Source: Octopus sinensis (Eukaryota). From it: a stretch of 64,000 nt of DNA. The notes below the pieces were generated by a model. The model was given only the letters and a program-made list of their open reading frames with translations, made no database searches and was not told the origin of the DNA. The position numbers and the translations under genes are program-made. The stretch lies in NCBI RefSeq assembly GCF_006345805.1, contig NC_042998.1:140926001-140990000 (forward strand), written 5' to 3'. Positions 36,612 to 48,957 of the stretch are shown piece by piece; the stretch's first letter is position 1, and each line of letters begins with the position of its first letter.

Positions 36612-38062
36612 TTCTCTCTCTCTCTCTCTCTCGTTACTCACATGTAACAATCGTCCATCTGTCTTTTCCTTAAGTGATCATCTTACTTTTCCTTCAGGAC
36701 TGTCCTAAGGACTAGACGTATTCTATCTCTCTCTTCTATCTTTTCGCTTTTCAAAGAAAATATTTCTCCAGTGTTCGCTATTTTACCCTCGTTCTGGTCT
36801 AACAACTCTCCATGTTTGTTTTCGTTCTGTTTCTTTTTATGTTTCCACTGTCCTGTTTTTATTCCCAACTTTGACCCTCCATAAATCCAGAATTTTATTT
36901 TGGTATTTATGGGAGTAACTATCTTCGAAGACTCACATTGTCGTTGAATGCTCGAAAAGAGGAGTAGATAGACAGCCGACAACTGATGAAGGGTCGTTCT
37001 TTGTGTTACTTGTCCTGTTTTCCATTTGTTTCTCTCGTTGTTTGCGTATAGAAGTCATTAGTTTTCGTATTTCATGTTGTTATATACAGCGGCGTACGTA
37101 CACCCTTGTGCTCACCTTATAGTAGATATGTATCATTCATAAACACAAGAGTATTATTATAGTAGATTATCTCGGTAACCATGGGAGCTATGAAAAAATA
37201 CAAAGCCCAGCATCACCACCGGATCATTCTACACATCTGTAATTTTTCGCGCAATTCCGCCCAGCCGTTTGACCGTGAATCCCAAGACAAAAAAGAATCA
37301 CCCATGTCAAATTTATATGTATAGATAGCGGCGTGTGTACACCCTTGTGCTCACCTTATAGTAGGTATGTATCTAAATTTTGTACGACTCTTACTCTATT
37401 TTTTATTCCCCTCTTATTTTCTCCCTTTTTCTCGCTCCCCCTCTCTCACATTTCTTGACCCTCTCTTTCTTTAACTCTCACTATTTCCCACTTGCTTATC
37501 TCCCTGTACCTTTCTCTTTGACTCTGATTTTTTCTAATCCTTCAATCCCGCTGTCCCCTACCCATCTCTCTTCCTTCCACGTGACCGGTGTCCGGCCAGC
37601 CATGATTTTTCTTTCTTGGCCTGACTGCCGACCGCCAACACCTCTTGTGTCCATCTTCCATGTTCCTGCTTTTAGGCTTTCACTTCATACACGCCAGCAC
37701 AATTTGATTCGTTCTCAGTCGAAAGACGCCTCTTGTTATTTCTTGTTATTTGCATTCGTAATTGTGTACCATGTTCTCTGTTTCTGTTGTTTTTTTGTGT
37801 CTTCGTTGCCATACACATCCGCTGGCTTTCTTACAAAGGGGTCTAGACTTTCTTGGGGGCAACCAGATGGTCGTGACTTCCGGGACTTGACTAATGAAAG
37901 AAAGCCAAGAATGACCCGTCTTTTTTGCCTGTCCATCTAATTGTTGTTTCTCTTGTCCGCCTTTGTATCGTCTATCTATCCAAACGTTTTAATGCCCTCT
38001 ATTGTGTTTTTGTTCCATTTATATATATACCACATGTATATCTATGCTATCTAACAATATTC

Positions 38063-38129
<67 letters not shown>

Positions 38130-38162
38130 AAACTCAAGCTGATACACCTACAATAAATATCG

Positions 38163-38375
38163 GTTTCAAATTTTGACACGAGGCCAGCAACTTCGGTGTC
38201 GGGTGTAAGCCAATTAATCGACCGCCAGTCCTCAACTGGTACTTATTTTAATGATCTCAAAAGGATGAAAGGATGAAAGTCGACCCCAGCGGAATTCGAA
38301 CACAGAACGTAAAGGCGGACAAAATGCCGCTGAGCATTTTGCCCGGCGTGCTAACGATTCTGCCAGGCTCGCCGC
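38163..38375 (-). mobile_element. Family A SINE
   Basis: Full head-to-tail homology to family A. Confidence 0.85.
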
Positions 38376-38439
38376 CCAACACCTGCAATACATATTGCAT
38401 AAGGGAAAAACGCACGCGCCTAAACACACTTAATGACAT

Positions 38440-38690
38440 CACGTTCATTTCATCGTCGTTGTCGTCGTCATTGTTATATGATCGTTATCCTCATCGGAGC
38501 GTTGTCGTTGTAATACTTTTGACTGCTGGCGACATCGTCATCGTTTGTTGTCGCCGCTGTAATTGTTGCTCTACTTCGTTGTTCATCACATATCCACCAT
38601 CGTAGTTCTCGTCGTCGTCGTCGTCAACATCATCATCATCATCATCGTCATCAAGATCAAGATCATCATCACTACCACCACTACCACGAT

Positions 38691-38731
<41 letters not shown>

Positions 38732-38829
38732 ATAATAATGCCATCATCATTACCTAGAAATTATCACCATCATCATCATCATCATCATCATCTTTACCTA
38801 GAAATTATCATCGTCATCATCATCACCAT

Positions 38830-38860
<31 letters not shown>

Positions 38861-38888
38861 GTCATCATCATCATCATCATCATCATCG

Positions 38889-38935
<47 letters not shown>
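38440..38935. repeat. Mosaic trinucleotide array (CGT/CAT/ACT/AAT)
   Basis: Directly visible. Confidence 0.9.
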
Positions 38936-39329
38936 GTTTCCGTCTGTTCTGCTTTTGCACTGCACTCTTCTCTCGTCGGCCAGATTGTGTTACTTGTATT
39001 TGTCGAGAAAACACGACTCTGTGTTTAGTTCTCTTTGAACTTCTAAGATAATACAAACACACCACAAGTTTGAGCTGTAAGGAAGCTTACCGAGAGAGGG
39101 GAGAGAGAGAGAGAGGGAGAGAGTGAGAGAGAGGGAGAGAGAGAGAGATGGCGGGGGAGCAAAGGAATCGCAAGTAAATACGAAAAGTAGAAAATAGAAT
39201 ATAGGAAATATAAAGATAGAAATAAATAAATAAATAAATACAGCGAAAGACAGGAAAAAGAAGAAAAGAGGTAAAAAGCGGGAAACTAATGAAAACAAAA
39301 ATGAAGGCACCATTACATGTAAGGAATTA

Positions 39330-39366
39330 ATTACAATCATATACATGCATGCATACATACATACAT

Positions 39367-39397
<31 letters not shown>

Positions 39398-39404
39398 TAC
39401 ACAC

Positions 39405-39437
<33 letters not shown>

Positions 39438-39597
39438 TATATATACTTGCATACATATATATACATGCGTACATATACAGAGGCACGCACATATATATAC
39501 ACATACATATATATATTTACATATGTGCACACACATTCACATGTGTATATATATATATGTATATATATATCTATATATCTATATCTATCTGTCTATG

Positions 39598-39661
<64 letters not shown>

Positions 39662-39800
39662 GACAGAGAGACAGAGAGACAGAGGACAGAGAGAGAGACA
39701 GACAAACAGAGACAGAGACACAGGATGAGACAGACAGACAGAAACAGGGAGGGAAGCAGAAAGAGAGAGAGAGAGTCAGACAGACAGACAGACAGAGACA
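39330..39800. repeat. Compound (ATAC)/(CA)/(TA)/(GA)/(GACA) microsatellite
   Basis: Directly visible. Confidence 0.9.
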
Positions 39801-39804
39801 GAGG

Positions 39805-40005
39805 GAGATACTAGTTTCAGTCATTAGACAGCGGCCATGCTAGGGCCCCGCCTTGAAGAATTTTAGTCAAACGAATCAAACCCAGTACTTTTTCTTTACC
39901 TTAAGCCTGGCACTTATTCTATCGGTATTTATACCGAACCGCTACGTTACGGGGACGTAAACACACCAGCACCGGTTGTGATGGGAAACAAACACAGACT
40001 TAAAG
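39805..40005 (-). mobile_element. Family D SINE module
   Basis: gtttcagtcattagacagcggccatgc...acttattctatcgg...ggggacgtaaacacacc. Confidence 0.8.
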
Positions 40006-41112
40006 ACACATACACACATACGCGCGCGCGCACACACACGCATACACATACGCACATGATATAGCTGTGTGCATGCGTGTATATATGTGTGTGTGCGTGT
40101 GTGAGTGTGCGTATGTGTGCGGGCGCGCGTCTATGTGTGAGTGGTGTGTGTGTGTGTGTGTTATGTTTAACGGCGGTGTCCCAGCACGGTCGCAGCTTTG
40201 AACTGAAACCGATAAAAGAATATAAGAATATATATATATTTACAAAAAAGGGCTCTGACGAAGGTAGCATAACTTTTCTAGGTCGTTCAATTTCTCTCAA
40301 CCGATCAGTGGGCCTATTGAGTGAGCCTATTAATAACGAATCTATAATGGATACTGGAAACAGCTGTAAGTCAAATATACTACAATAAAGAAAAATATGT
40401 AATGACTATTATCATGCTTTATCTTGTGTGTGTGTGTGTATGTGCATGTCTGTGTGTGTGTGTGTGTGAGCGTGTGTGTATATATATATATGTATATATA
40501 TATATATACATATTTCTTTTCCCTCTTCTCTGTCACGTGACTGTTGGCCGAAATCTGCCTTTCAGCTCCTGACCCTCGTCGTGTTAACATCGTTGTTCTT
40601 CGTCCGCCGCTATAAAGGCTTTTTCCTATGCGCCAGAGAAAAAATTTGTTTGCTTGTTATCAGTCGTAAGACACTTGTTGTTTTCACCGTTAATGCTTCT
40701 GTATTTCATGTTTCTGTATTCCATTATTGTTTTTTGTTTTTTTTATATCTGTCCCTTTTGCTGTCCTGGTGTTCGTATGCATTCGATCCTTCTTCCAGGA
40801 AATCTACGCTTCCAGCTTAGTTTTTCTTGGAGGGCTGGCCGTGATCTAGTAATCTCAAGATTAATCAGCCGAAATTACTACGATGATCCGGTTCTTGACT
40901 GAAGACTGAGGGGTTCGAATGTCCTGTCCATGTTTATTGTATCGTCTTCTATGAGTTATACGTTCTTGTCCATGTTGTATTTTTCTACATACCTTAATAT
41001 ATATATATATGTATATATATATAGTCGAAATTTACAGAAAAACAAAAGACGAAGACAGGTGTATAAACAATAAGCAGGTGTATTAGTTTGACGCTCGAGA
41101 AAGTGAGAAAGT

Positions 41113-41148
41113 CTTTTACATTTCGAGCCTACGCTCTTCAACAGAAAG
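41113..41148 (-). ncRNA. Hammerhead-like motif (A6U) in an approximately 140-bp unit (41023-41160) flanked by (TA)n
   Basis: Minus RNA CUUU CUGUUGA A GAGC GUAG GCUC GAAA UG UA AAAG: stem I CUUU/AAAG, stem II GAGC/GCUC. Confidence 0.5.
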
Positions 41149-41158
41149 GAACACGATG

Positions 41159-41233
<75 letters not shown>

Positions 41234-41762
41234 CATACATACATACATACATACATATGCAAGAAATCAGCTGCAAGTATTGCGTGTATTTTCACATATC
41301 ATTTACGTCCAATAGTGTTTAAAACGCAGTGGTACCGAGACAATTGTAATTAGTGATAAAATTGTGCTATATCCATTCTTCGTTTTCTTATTTGTTTAAT
41401 ATATACATGTGTGTAAGTGTGTGTATTGTATGTGTGTGTGCATACGTGCGTGTGTATGTGTGCGCGCGTGCGTGCGTGCGTGCGTGTGTGTGTGTGTTTT
41501 CTTACGTCCTTCCTAGCATTAAGTTCGTCAACCCCGTGATACTTTCATCAGGATGTCCAATTTTTAAAATAACGAACGTTGGGATGTGCGCTTCGTTTTC
41601 ATATTATTTCTATAATCTTAGTTGTTGTTTTTTCTATCAAGGAGTGTTGTAGTAGGTAGAAATACCATTGTAGGAAATGATCTAATGCGTTTTCCGACTG
41701 TTATTTTTGCATATTACGTCGGGCATCTGTGACTCTGTTAATTATTATTATTATTATTATTA

Positions 41763-41856
<94 letters not shown>

Positions 41857-41882
41857 TATTGTTGTTGTTGTTGTTGTTGTTA

Positions 41883-42149
41883 CTTTTTATCACAGTTTTT
41901 GTTGGAACTCCTGGAGTTGCAACATGCTATCCGTTCTTGTCATGCTATCCCTTCTTTTCAGCTATCTAATACTTTCCTGGTTATTCTGGCCGTGCCAAGG
42001 AGATAAACCTTTTGTAACAGTTCTGCTGGGCTACTCTATTTCAATTTCCTTGATATCCCTCTTCATGCCTTCTGATACTGTTCTCAAGGACCCAACAATA
42101 ATTGGCACTATCTTCACCGTCTTCATTTTCCATAGCCGGGCTATTTCGT
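41883..42149 (-). mobile_element. R4/Dong-like RLE non-LTR element, 3' fragment (copy 3)
   Basis: YEIARLWKMKTVKIVPIIVGSLRTVSEG...LLGTARITRKVLDS; bounded by trinucleotide tracts. Confidence 0.7.
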
Positions 42150-42411
42150 AATTATTATTATTATTAAATATTTACTTCCCTTCTTTCTTATATTTTTTCA
42201 TCATTTCATTATATGTAAACCCCCACACTTTATGTCTGTCTTTGTATTGTCCCCCTCATCTTTCACCCTCGTGGCAAATAAATAATAATAATAATAATAG
42301 TAATAATAATAATAATAATAACAACAATTATTATTATTACTGTTGTTGTTGTTGTTGCTGTTGTTGTTGCTGTTGTTGTTGTTGTTGTTGTTGCTATTAT
42401 TATTATTAGTT

Positions 42412-43300
42412 ACTTTTAATTTGCATGTTTGTTACAATCACTCGCCGAGACACACCCAGCGTCCTAGGGCAAGTGAAGGTTAAGATGTTTTACACTATGA
42501 CTGAAAGTTTGAGGAGGCCAAGTGGCAGGGGCAGTAGCGATATATCTTCATGTAATACAACACATTCATTTAAATTGATAGGGTTTTTCTAAGGATGTGG
42601 GCAGTACTTGTCAGCACAATCTTTGGGATTTCTCTGAGACATGGTTCTCCTGGGATATTATCTAGATGTTTCTGACATCCCTTTCTTATCATACCTCGGG
42701 TATCCACAATAACAGGAACAGTTCTCGATTTAAGATGCCACATCTTTTGCATTTCAATTTCCACGTCCTTATATTAACTTAATTTGTCAAATCCTTTTAC
42801 TGATATATTTTGTTATCAATGGGAACCCTCACATCTATTAGTCTACAGGTATTTTCTTCCATGTCTTTAATGACTATGTTTGGTCGATTAGCCTGGATCG
42901 TTCAGCTGGTGTTGACTGGAAAATCCCAGAGGATAGCGACATCTTTACTTCCAACGACTAGCTCAGGATGATGTTCATACCTGTAAGCAGCAGTGCCAAT
43001 TTTGTAGTGTTTACATATTTTCCAATGTAAATACTGTCCAACCCTATCGCAGCGATTTTTGTATTCGTCTAGTATTATAGTACAGGACATCCCGAAACGA
43101 GATGGTCAATTGTTTCATCAAATTTATTACAGAATCTGCATTTAGGATCAGAACCGTTTCGAAGAAAGTTAGCGTGGTAGTTTTTTGGTAAGCAATCTTT
43201 GATCTTGTGCCTCCAATATGAAACCTTCAGTGTCTGCTTTCAGACCTGAGCTTTCTCAGCCACTGACGGTTTGTTGCTCGGGCTACATCAACATTTTGAC
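42412..43300 (-). mobile_element. R4/Dong-like RLE non-LTR element, 5'-truncated (copy 1)
   Basis: TEGFILEAQDQ; CRFCNKFDETIDHLVSGC (CCHC); YLHWKIC; ILWDF; NRPNIVI; LIDV; EIEMQKMWHL...TAHILRKTLSI; both ends abut (TAA)n. Confidence 0.88.
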
Positions 43301-43335
43301 TTATTATTATTATTATTATTATTATTATCCTCTTC

Positions 43336-43399
<64 letters not shown>

Positions 43400-43400
43400 A

Positions 43401-43435
<35 letters not shown>

Positions 43436-43436
<1 letters not shown>

Positions 43437-43812
43437 TTTTTTTTTCTTCTTTCAAATTTTCTTCCATTTCTTGCCGAGTGTCTTCCCGACTCCTAGGGCA
43501 AAGAAACTCATAGTGTATATTGGTAGGCCATTAAACCAAACTCAGTAGTTCGTTCATTTTTTTTTTTTTTTTTTTTTTTAAAGTTAAATTAAAATGCATG
43601 AGCAGCAACAGTTCTCACATCGACAATGCTCTTCTCAATACGTGTGATGTACCAGTTAAGACAATCTTTTGCACTTCTTGTAGGGATGGTAAGCCAGGGA
43701 TCATTCTCATATAATTTTCGGTTCCCTTCTTGATCATTCCTAGTGCTCCTACGATCACTGGTATTGTAACCGCCTTGAGATGCCACATTTTCTCAATTTC
43801 AATGAGTAGGTC
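43436..43812 (-). mobile_element. R4/Dong-like RLE non-LTR element, 3' fragment (copy 2)
   Basis: IEIEKMWHLKAVTIPVIVGALGMIKKG...QKIVLTGTSHVLRRALSM; both ends abut (TAA)n. Confidence 0.85.
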
Positions 43813-43849
<37 letters not shown>

Positions 43850-43925
43850 TATTATTATTATTATTATTATTATCTTTATCACTCTTCTTCTTCTAATTAT
43901 TTTTATTGCTGTTATTAGTTTATTT

Positions 43926-45720
43926 CCGGCCCATAACCCTGCTAAATGCAAAATTTAAAATCATGGCTAAAGTGTGAGCGAAGAGGTTGGCGATTGCAGC
44001 TGCTATTTTGGACATGGTAGCACAAACGCGTGTAATCCCCAACAAATACATCTGCAACAACCTCTAAGTTATGCAATGCATCATGAGTAGCAAATCTACC
44101 GTTGATGAAGCCCTGATCAATTTCGATCAGTCGAAAGCTTTCAATAAAGTCAACTATCGCTCCTTGGCACCAATCATAAAAACAGCCAGCTCCGAGCTCG
44201 TTTTCAGAGACTGGATCACAACAATGCACACTGACGCTTAATCGGTTGTCAAAATTAACGGCTACCTCACGGATCCGTTTCATATTGTGCTCTCGATCCA
44301 TCAGGGTTGTCCTCTCTCATCTTTTCTATACGTACTGGCTCTTGAACTATTGCTGCGGAAGTTAGAACTCTCAATGGGCGAACTAGTATCCAGGAGTGCT
44401 GTGTCGGCGTATGTGGATGACATCACCGTAATAGTTCAAGTAATTTAAAAGGAATCCGATGTGATGGCTGGAGCAAGATAAATTCGGACAAATCGGTGGG
44501 CTTTCAGCTCAGCATCTGGAGAGGCAAATCTAGCTCATCGAACAGCATAGGAGACCGATGGACAGGCGGACCAGTTAATTGCTCGGGGTCTGGTTTGGTC
44601 AGGATAACCAGGTGGAGAGGAATAGGGATGAGATTACGAGCAGGCTTGCCAGCCCCACCCAGAAATGAGCTGAGAAGGGACAATCCCTGAAATGTCGAGC
44701 AGAGGTGGCGACTACCTATATCATCTCCACAACTTACTTCCTGACCATTGCATATTCTTCCAGTTCGCCTTTGGCCAGACTGGAGCGTCTACTTTTCCGC
44801 TTCCGGTAGATGGGACGCGTTCTACCGGTCAGACGGTCCATCTATTACCAGAGTCCTCTGGAAGGCGGGTTTGTCATGCTATGACTGCTGATGTGCAGAC
44901 ATGCGGTGCGGCTATGCCACTTACAGATTTTCCAGACAGTGAGCAAGTGTGGTCTCCGTTTGTAAGACACACCTTCCCGCAGCTCATCTCTTTGACAGAA
45001 CGTTAGCCTTGTGTCAAGAAAAGACCAAGATTGGGTGGCTGAAACTTGAAATGTCGTCAGACATTCACCGCCATCAAACAGTTAGACTATGCGACCGGTG
45101 AAAGGTCTACATTAGCAATATATAGAGATCTAGTGGTTGGCAAGAGCGATGGCGTTCTCGAGGAAACTCTAGACGTCGTCGAGGACGATCTAGCCTGCTC
45201 TGTTTCAGTCGGGGTAACCATTTATAACTTCCAGAAATCCTGGTCTGGCATTGCTGCCGAGGAGCACAGCCGGTCCAAAGTAAAGTTTTCAGGCACAGAG
45301 TGTTCCCTGTCGGGATTGTCCGAGATGTGCGCAGAGTGAGAAAATGGAAAATGTATGAACTGTAAAACTCGAAACAAGCTTTGATTCGTTGTTGGTCGCT
45401 GTAAGGTCGAGAAGTGTAGAGGAAAACTGTCATTTCGGGACAGATAAGTAAGTTGCATAGCTGATGATAAGAAGCCGAATGGTAAAACACTTACTTCACT
45501 GGCAACATAAGTGACTATACACCGGTCTGCAGAGCAGCTAGAGTCATCGATGCAGCGGTCCTCGGAGAAGCGAAAGATCAAACTGGCTCTTCCATTTTAT
45601 AGCATTTTATCCAGAGAATAGTCCATTTCCTTGATCAGTCCATTTTTGGTATAATCTCGATTTAATAGAGGTAACGATCGCTGAAAAGGCATAGAGGCAC
45701 AATATTTCCATTGCTTTAAA
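43926..45720 (+). mobile_element. Tx1/L1-clade LINE relic, 5'-truncated
   Basis: RPITLLNAKFKIMAKV; ALINFDQSKAFNKV; VVKINGYLTDPF; HQGCPLSSFLYVLALELLLRKL; SAYVDDITV; C-terminal CPRC knuckle remnant. Confidence 0.87.
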
Positions 45721-46044
45721 AAAGTTGGAGGTAAGGTAGAGGTTTAGGTGACAATTCAGCAGAGTAAAAGAGTCTCTGTTGTGTTTCTGCATATTGAAAA
45801 GTAAAGAAACTAAATAAAAATTCGGTGTGAGGAGAGGGACTATTTCGGGAGTTCGAATATTTGGGGACGGGAGACTGGTTAAAGTTTTCGCTTTTCGTTA
45901 TCTGTTTGATTATATCGTAGTGGTGTTGGTGGTAGAGTGTTGAAGTTGTTGATAGTGGCGAGGTTGAAATATGGAGCTAAAAGAGAGAGACACCAAGAAG
46001 CGTTGTGTATGTAAAACGGAGTAAATCGGGTTAAAGCTTGTATA

Positions 46045-47300
46045 TCAGGTCATCCCATAAGTTCTGTCCGAATTTTGAATAAAGAAAACAAGTGATCAAA
46101 TGTTATATTTAATTGAAATTTAGTCATCAATGTACTTTTCCTGATTATCTATGACTTCCTTCCATCTATTTACAAGCTTTTTAATCCCATCAATTAAAAC
46201 TCTTTTGGTTTCAAAACAAAGAACTCTGAAATGTCAGTTTCAACCTCCTCCTGTCTTGCAAAAGTTATGTCCCCCAAATGATTCTGTAAACTACAAAACT
46301 AATGGTAGTCTGAAGGAGCAAGGTCGGGAGAATAAGGTAGATGAGGAATTTTTTCCCAACCAAGCTCTTCGATCTTGTGTGATGTGATCTTTGCAGTGTG
46401 GGGTCGCGCATTGTCCTGATGAAACATCACTCCTTTTCGATTCACTAAAGCGGGTCTTTGTTTTCTTCGAAGCGTGGTTCAAACGCTTTAATTGCTGACA
46501 GTAGACTTGAGCATTGATTGTTGCATTATGTGGTAACAATGCAAAGTGAATTACTCCTTTGCAATCCCATCAGATAGAGAGAAGAAACGTTTTCCCATGA
46601 AGTTCCCTTCTCGGTTGTGGTTGAGCTTTTTCCGTTTTACCAAGCCACTGTTTACGACGTTTAACATTTCAATAGAAGATCCATTTTTCGTCACCAGTCA
46701 CAAGTCTATCTAAAAAGGGTGAAATGTGTTCGCGAGAATGGAGAGAAGAGCAGACAATTCATGAGGCACCCATTCCCAAGTTTAGGAACCTTTCCAAGTT
46801 GTTGAAGATGACGAACAGTTGTATGGTTTGGACTAAGCTTTATTACCAATTCTTCAACTGATAATGCAGGATTTTCTTCAAGTAATGCCTCAAGGAGTTT
46901 ATCATCAAACTCTGCTGGACGTCTTGTTCGATCTTCATCTTCAGGGCTGAAATCTCCACTTCTGAATTTTGCAAACCATCTTCCGCAGGTTCTTTCATTC
47001 AAGCATTCTTTCCCATAAATTGAGTGTTATGTTTCAAGTCGCTTCGGCAGCAGAGTTTCCTTTTTTTGTACTCATAAAGCATTATGTACCCCAAATGCTC
47101 TTTGGATACTTCCATATTAGAAAGGGTTTTAATCAAAGAAATTTTAATTCTATTATTCTGTAAAATAATAATTAATTAGTTTAAATGTACACAAATGCAT
47201 AAAAATAATTTTAAATCCCATTAGACATTCTAAAATACTATTAAATTTCATTCAATTTTTAAAAAGGTAAAATCGGACAGAACTTATGGGATGATCGCAC
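46045..47300 (-). mobile_element. Mariner element, decayed
   Basis: 21-bp perfect TIR core tcatcccataagttctgtccg (46050-46070 / 47274-47294); RWFAKFRSGDFS, LVTGDEKWIFY, DCKGVIHF, YSPDLAPSDYHLF. Confidence 0.92.
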
Positions 47301-47332
47301 ATTTGTATTTACTATTGAATGTGCATATATGT

Positions 47333-47390
<58 letters not shown>

Positions 47391-47483
47391 GCGTGCGTGC
47401 GTGTGCGTATGTGTGTGTGTGTATGTGCGTGTATGTGCGTGTACGTGCGTGTGTATGTATGCGTGTATGTGTGTATGCGTGTA

Positions 47484-47516
<33 letters not shown>

Positions 47517-47798
47517 GTGCACTTGTGCGTAAGTGTTTATGTGTTTGAGTGCTGATGTAGGAAATTGCCTTTTAATCAGATAAACTGGTGTTTAAACAAA
47601 TACAGCACAAACAGACAGACTGACAGACAGACAGACATACAGACGTCATTGAGTGTTTGTCATCTTCTTTTGCTGTTTCATTCGTGAAAAATTACTAGAG
47701 TGAAAGAGTGTGTGTGTGTATGTGTGTACGAGAGAGAGTGTGTATGTATGTGAGCGAAAGAGTGTGTATATCTGTAAGCGAGAGGGAGGCAGAGAAGC

Positions 47799-47864
<66 letters not shown>

Positions 47865-48129
47865 AAGCTTATCCGTTCAAGTAGTGTTTGATAGTTTCTA
47901 ATGACTAAGGACGGTTTGATGTTGACTAAAGCTTTTGTTGAGGGCAGTAAAATTATCGGCTTTTTCTTTTTGTTTCATACATCTCCTCCTCTCCATCTCT
48001 CTTGCTCTTGCTCTCTTTCACCCCCTCTATCTCTTTCCTTACTTCCTATAATCTCTCTTTCTCCCTGTCTTCAATATTTCTCTTTCTTTTGGTCACTCAC
48101 GCAATAATCTTTTTTTTATCTGCACTCTA

Positions 48130-48170
48130 TCTTTTTATCTCTTACTCTCTTCTTTCTCTTTCTCTTTCTT

Positions 48171-48204
<34 letters not shown>

Positions 48205-48235
48205 ACACACACACGTTTACTTCTCACGTATCTCC

Positions 48236-48273
<38 letters not shown>

Positions 48274-48567
48274 TACACAAGCACACAATTACACATACTC
48301 TCCCTCTCTCACTCTTTCTGTCTCTCTCTTACTCTTTCTGTCTCTCTCTTACTCTTTGTGTCTCTCTCTTACTCTTTCTCTCTCTCTCTCACTCTTCTCT
48401 CTCATTCTACGCTACACATCGTTCTATCTCTTTTATTCTCCTACAAACTCTCTCATTCCCTTTCCAAAATCCTTCGTTATGGCACCATCACCCCAACCCA
48501 CCGATCTCTTTCCATCTCTTTTAAATTCAGTCTCTTTCTGTTCTCTTTCGTTTATTCAAAATTTTTC

Positions 48568-48639
<72 letters not shown>

Positions 48640-48851
48640 TCCTTCTTTCCTTCTTTCCTTCTATCTTTCTTTCTTTCCTTCTTTCCTTCTTTCTTCTTCT
48701 TTCTTTCTTTCTTCCTTCCTTTCTTTCTTTCTTTCTTCTTTCCTTCTTTCTTTCTGTTTTTCTTTCTTTCTTACTCTCTTTCTTTCCTTCTTTCTTTCTG
48801 TTTTTCTTTCTTTCTTACTCTCTTTCTTTCCTTCTTTCTTTCTTACTCTCT

Positions 48852-48890
<39 letters not shown>

Positions 48891-48895
48891 GTTTT

Positions 48896-48955
<60 letters not shown>

Positions 48956-48957
48956 TT
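48130..48957. repeat. (TC)n/(CA)n and long (TTTC)n polypyrimidine tract
   Basis: Directly visible; source of the 322-aa and 249-aa S/F/L ORFs. Confidence 0.95.

Noticed and set aside
36983-37030. CUGAUGA preceded by a ttgtcg/cgacaa stem
   Set aside because: No correctly placed GAAA or UH cleavage site; the hammerhead fold cannot be completed.
38750-38810. 17-bp duplication ttacctagaaattatca around a (CAT)n
   Set aside because: Explained by slippage duplication inside the trinucleotide array; no inserted element.
40255-40285. CUGACGA AGG motif
   Set aside because: No downstream GAAA or stem II partner.
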